A stretch of DNA of 64,000 bases from Mobula hypostoma (lineage: Eukaryota): NCBI RefSeq assembly GCF_963921235.1, contig NC_086101.1:4900001-4964000 (forward strand), in the 5' to 3' direction. The notes beneath the pieces were generated by a model. That model searched no databases and was not told the DNA's origin. It worked only from the letters and a program-made list of their open reading frames with translations. The translations under genes were made by a program, and so were the position numbers. Positions 62,520 to 64,000 of this stretch are shown here, one piece after another; within the stretch, counting starts at the first letter, position 1, and the number at the start of each line of letters is the position of its first letter.

Positions 62520-64000
62520 AGAAACATAGAAAACCTACAGCACAATACGGGCCCTTCAGCCCAAACATGTCCTTACTGTAGAAATTACCTAGGGTTACCC
62601 ATTGCCCTCTATTTTTCTGAGCTCCATGTACCTGTCCAGGAGTCTTTTAAAAGACCCTATTGTATCCACCTCCACCGCAGCCGCCGGCCGCCCATTCCAC
62701 GCACTCACCACTCTCTGTGTAAAAAACTTACCCCTGACATCTCTGTACCTATTCCCCAGCACCTTAAAACTGTGCCCTCTCATGTTAGTCATTTCAGCCC
62801 TGGGGAAAAGCCTCTGACTACCCACACGATCAATGCCTCTCATCATCTTATACATCTCTATCAGGTCACCTCTCATGCTCCATCGCTCCAAGGAGAAAAA
62901 CCCAAGTTCACTCAACCTATTCTCATAAGGCATGCTCCCCAATCCAGGCAACATCCTTGTAAATCTCCTCTGCACCCTTTCTATGGCTTCCACATCCTCC
63001 CTGTAGTGAGGCGACCAGAACTGAGCACAGTACACCAAGTGGGGTCTGACTAGGGTCCTATATAGCTGCAACATTACCTCTCGGCTCCTAAACTCAATCC
63101 CACGATTGATGAAGGCCAATACACCGTATGCCTTCTTAACCCCAGAGTCAACCTGCGCAGCTGCTTTGAGTGCCCTATGGACTCGCACCCCAAGATCACT
63201 CTGATCCTCCACACTGCCAAGAGTCTTACCATTAATACCATATTCTGCCATCATATTTGACCTACCAGAATGAACCACTTCACACTTATCTGGGTTGAAC
63301 TCTATCTGCAACTTCTCAGCTCAGTTTTGCATCCTATCAATGTCCCACTGTAACCTGTGACAACCCTCCAGACTATCCACAACACCCCCAATCTTTTTGT
63401 CATCAGCTACTTTGCTAACCCATCCCTCCACTTCCTCATCCAGGTCATTTATAAAAATCATGAAGAGTAAGGGTCCCAGAACAGATCCCTGAGGCACTCC
63501 ACTGGTCACCGACCTCCATGCAGAATATGACCCGTCTACAACCACTCTTTGCCTTCTGTGGGCAAGCCAGTTCTGGATTCACAAAACAATGTCCCCTTGA
63601 ATCCCATGATTCCTTACTTTCTCAATAAGCCTTGCATGGGGTATCTTATCAAATGCCTTGCTGAAATCCATATACACTACATCTACTGCTCTACCTTCAA
63701 TGTGTTTAGTCACATCCTCAAAAAATTCAATCAAGCTCGAAAGGCACGACCTGCCTTTCACAAAGCCATGCTGTCTATTCCTAATCATATTATCCCTCTC
63801 CAAATGTTCATAAATCCTGCCTCTCAGGACCTTCTCCATCAACTTACAAACCACTGAAGTAAGACTCACCGGTCTATAATTTCCTGGGCTATCTCTACTC
63901 CCTTTCTTGAATAAGGGAACAACATCTACAACCCTCCAATCCTCTGGAACCTCTCCCGTCCCCATTGATGATTCAAGGATCATCACTAGAGGCTCAGCAA
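62520..64000 (-). mobile_element. CR1 LINE RT and 3' region, continuing beyond the window
   Basis: GNYRPVSLTSV, YMDFSKAFDK, GVPQGSVLGP, KVADD and the C-terminal domain, with a few stops and frameshifts. Confidence 0.92.

Overview
Repeat-rich vertebrate genomic DNA. The mix of CR1 LINEs, HE1/V-SINE-like SINEs and Penelope-like elements points to a cartilaginous fish, probably a ray; this is an inference. Two spliced host genes lie tail-to-tail. On the + strand are the last four coding exons of an ATF6-family ER-stress transcription factor (1283-14067), whose luminal residues look ATF6B-like. On the - strand are six coding exons of a divergent olfactomedin-like 2 (OLFML2-family) gene (55773-26835); its first exon was not found. 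All internal exon boundaries are GT-AG and phase-consistent. The rest is mostly nested transposable elements: an intact full-length CR1 (34122-38556), many truncated CR1 and Rex1/Babar LINEs, a Tx1-like LINE, Penelope-like elements, Tc1, pogo/Tigger, hAT and Harbinger relics, SINEs and four minisatellites. The three strongest leads are: (1) a U_UUA_AAC slippery site at the CR1 ORF1/ORF2 junction, with ORF2 in the -1 frame and no AUG before its endonuclease, suggesting a -1 ribosomal frameshift; (2) an ATF6B-like gene paired with a divergent OLFML2, possibly a third, MHC-paralogon ohnolog; (3) many minimal hammerhead ribozyme motifs in Penelope-derived units, some inserted as inverted two-ribozyme cassettes. 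No database searches were run, so all comparisons with known proteins are from memory.
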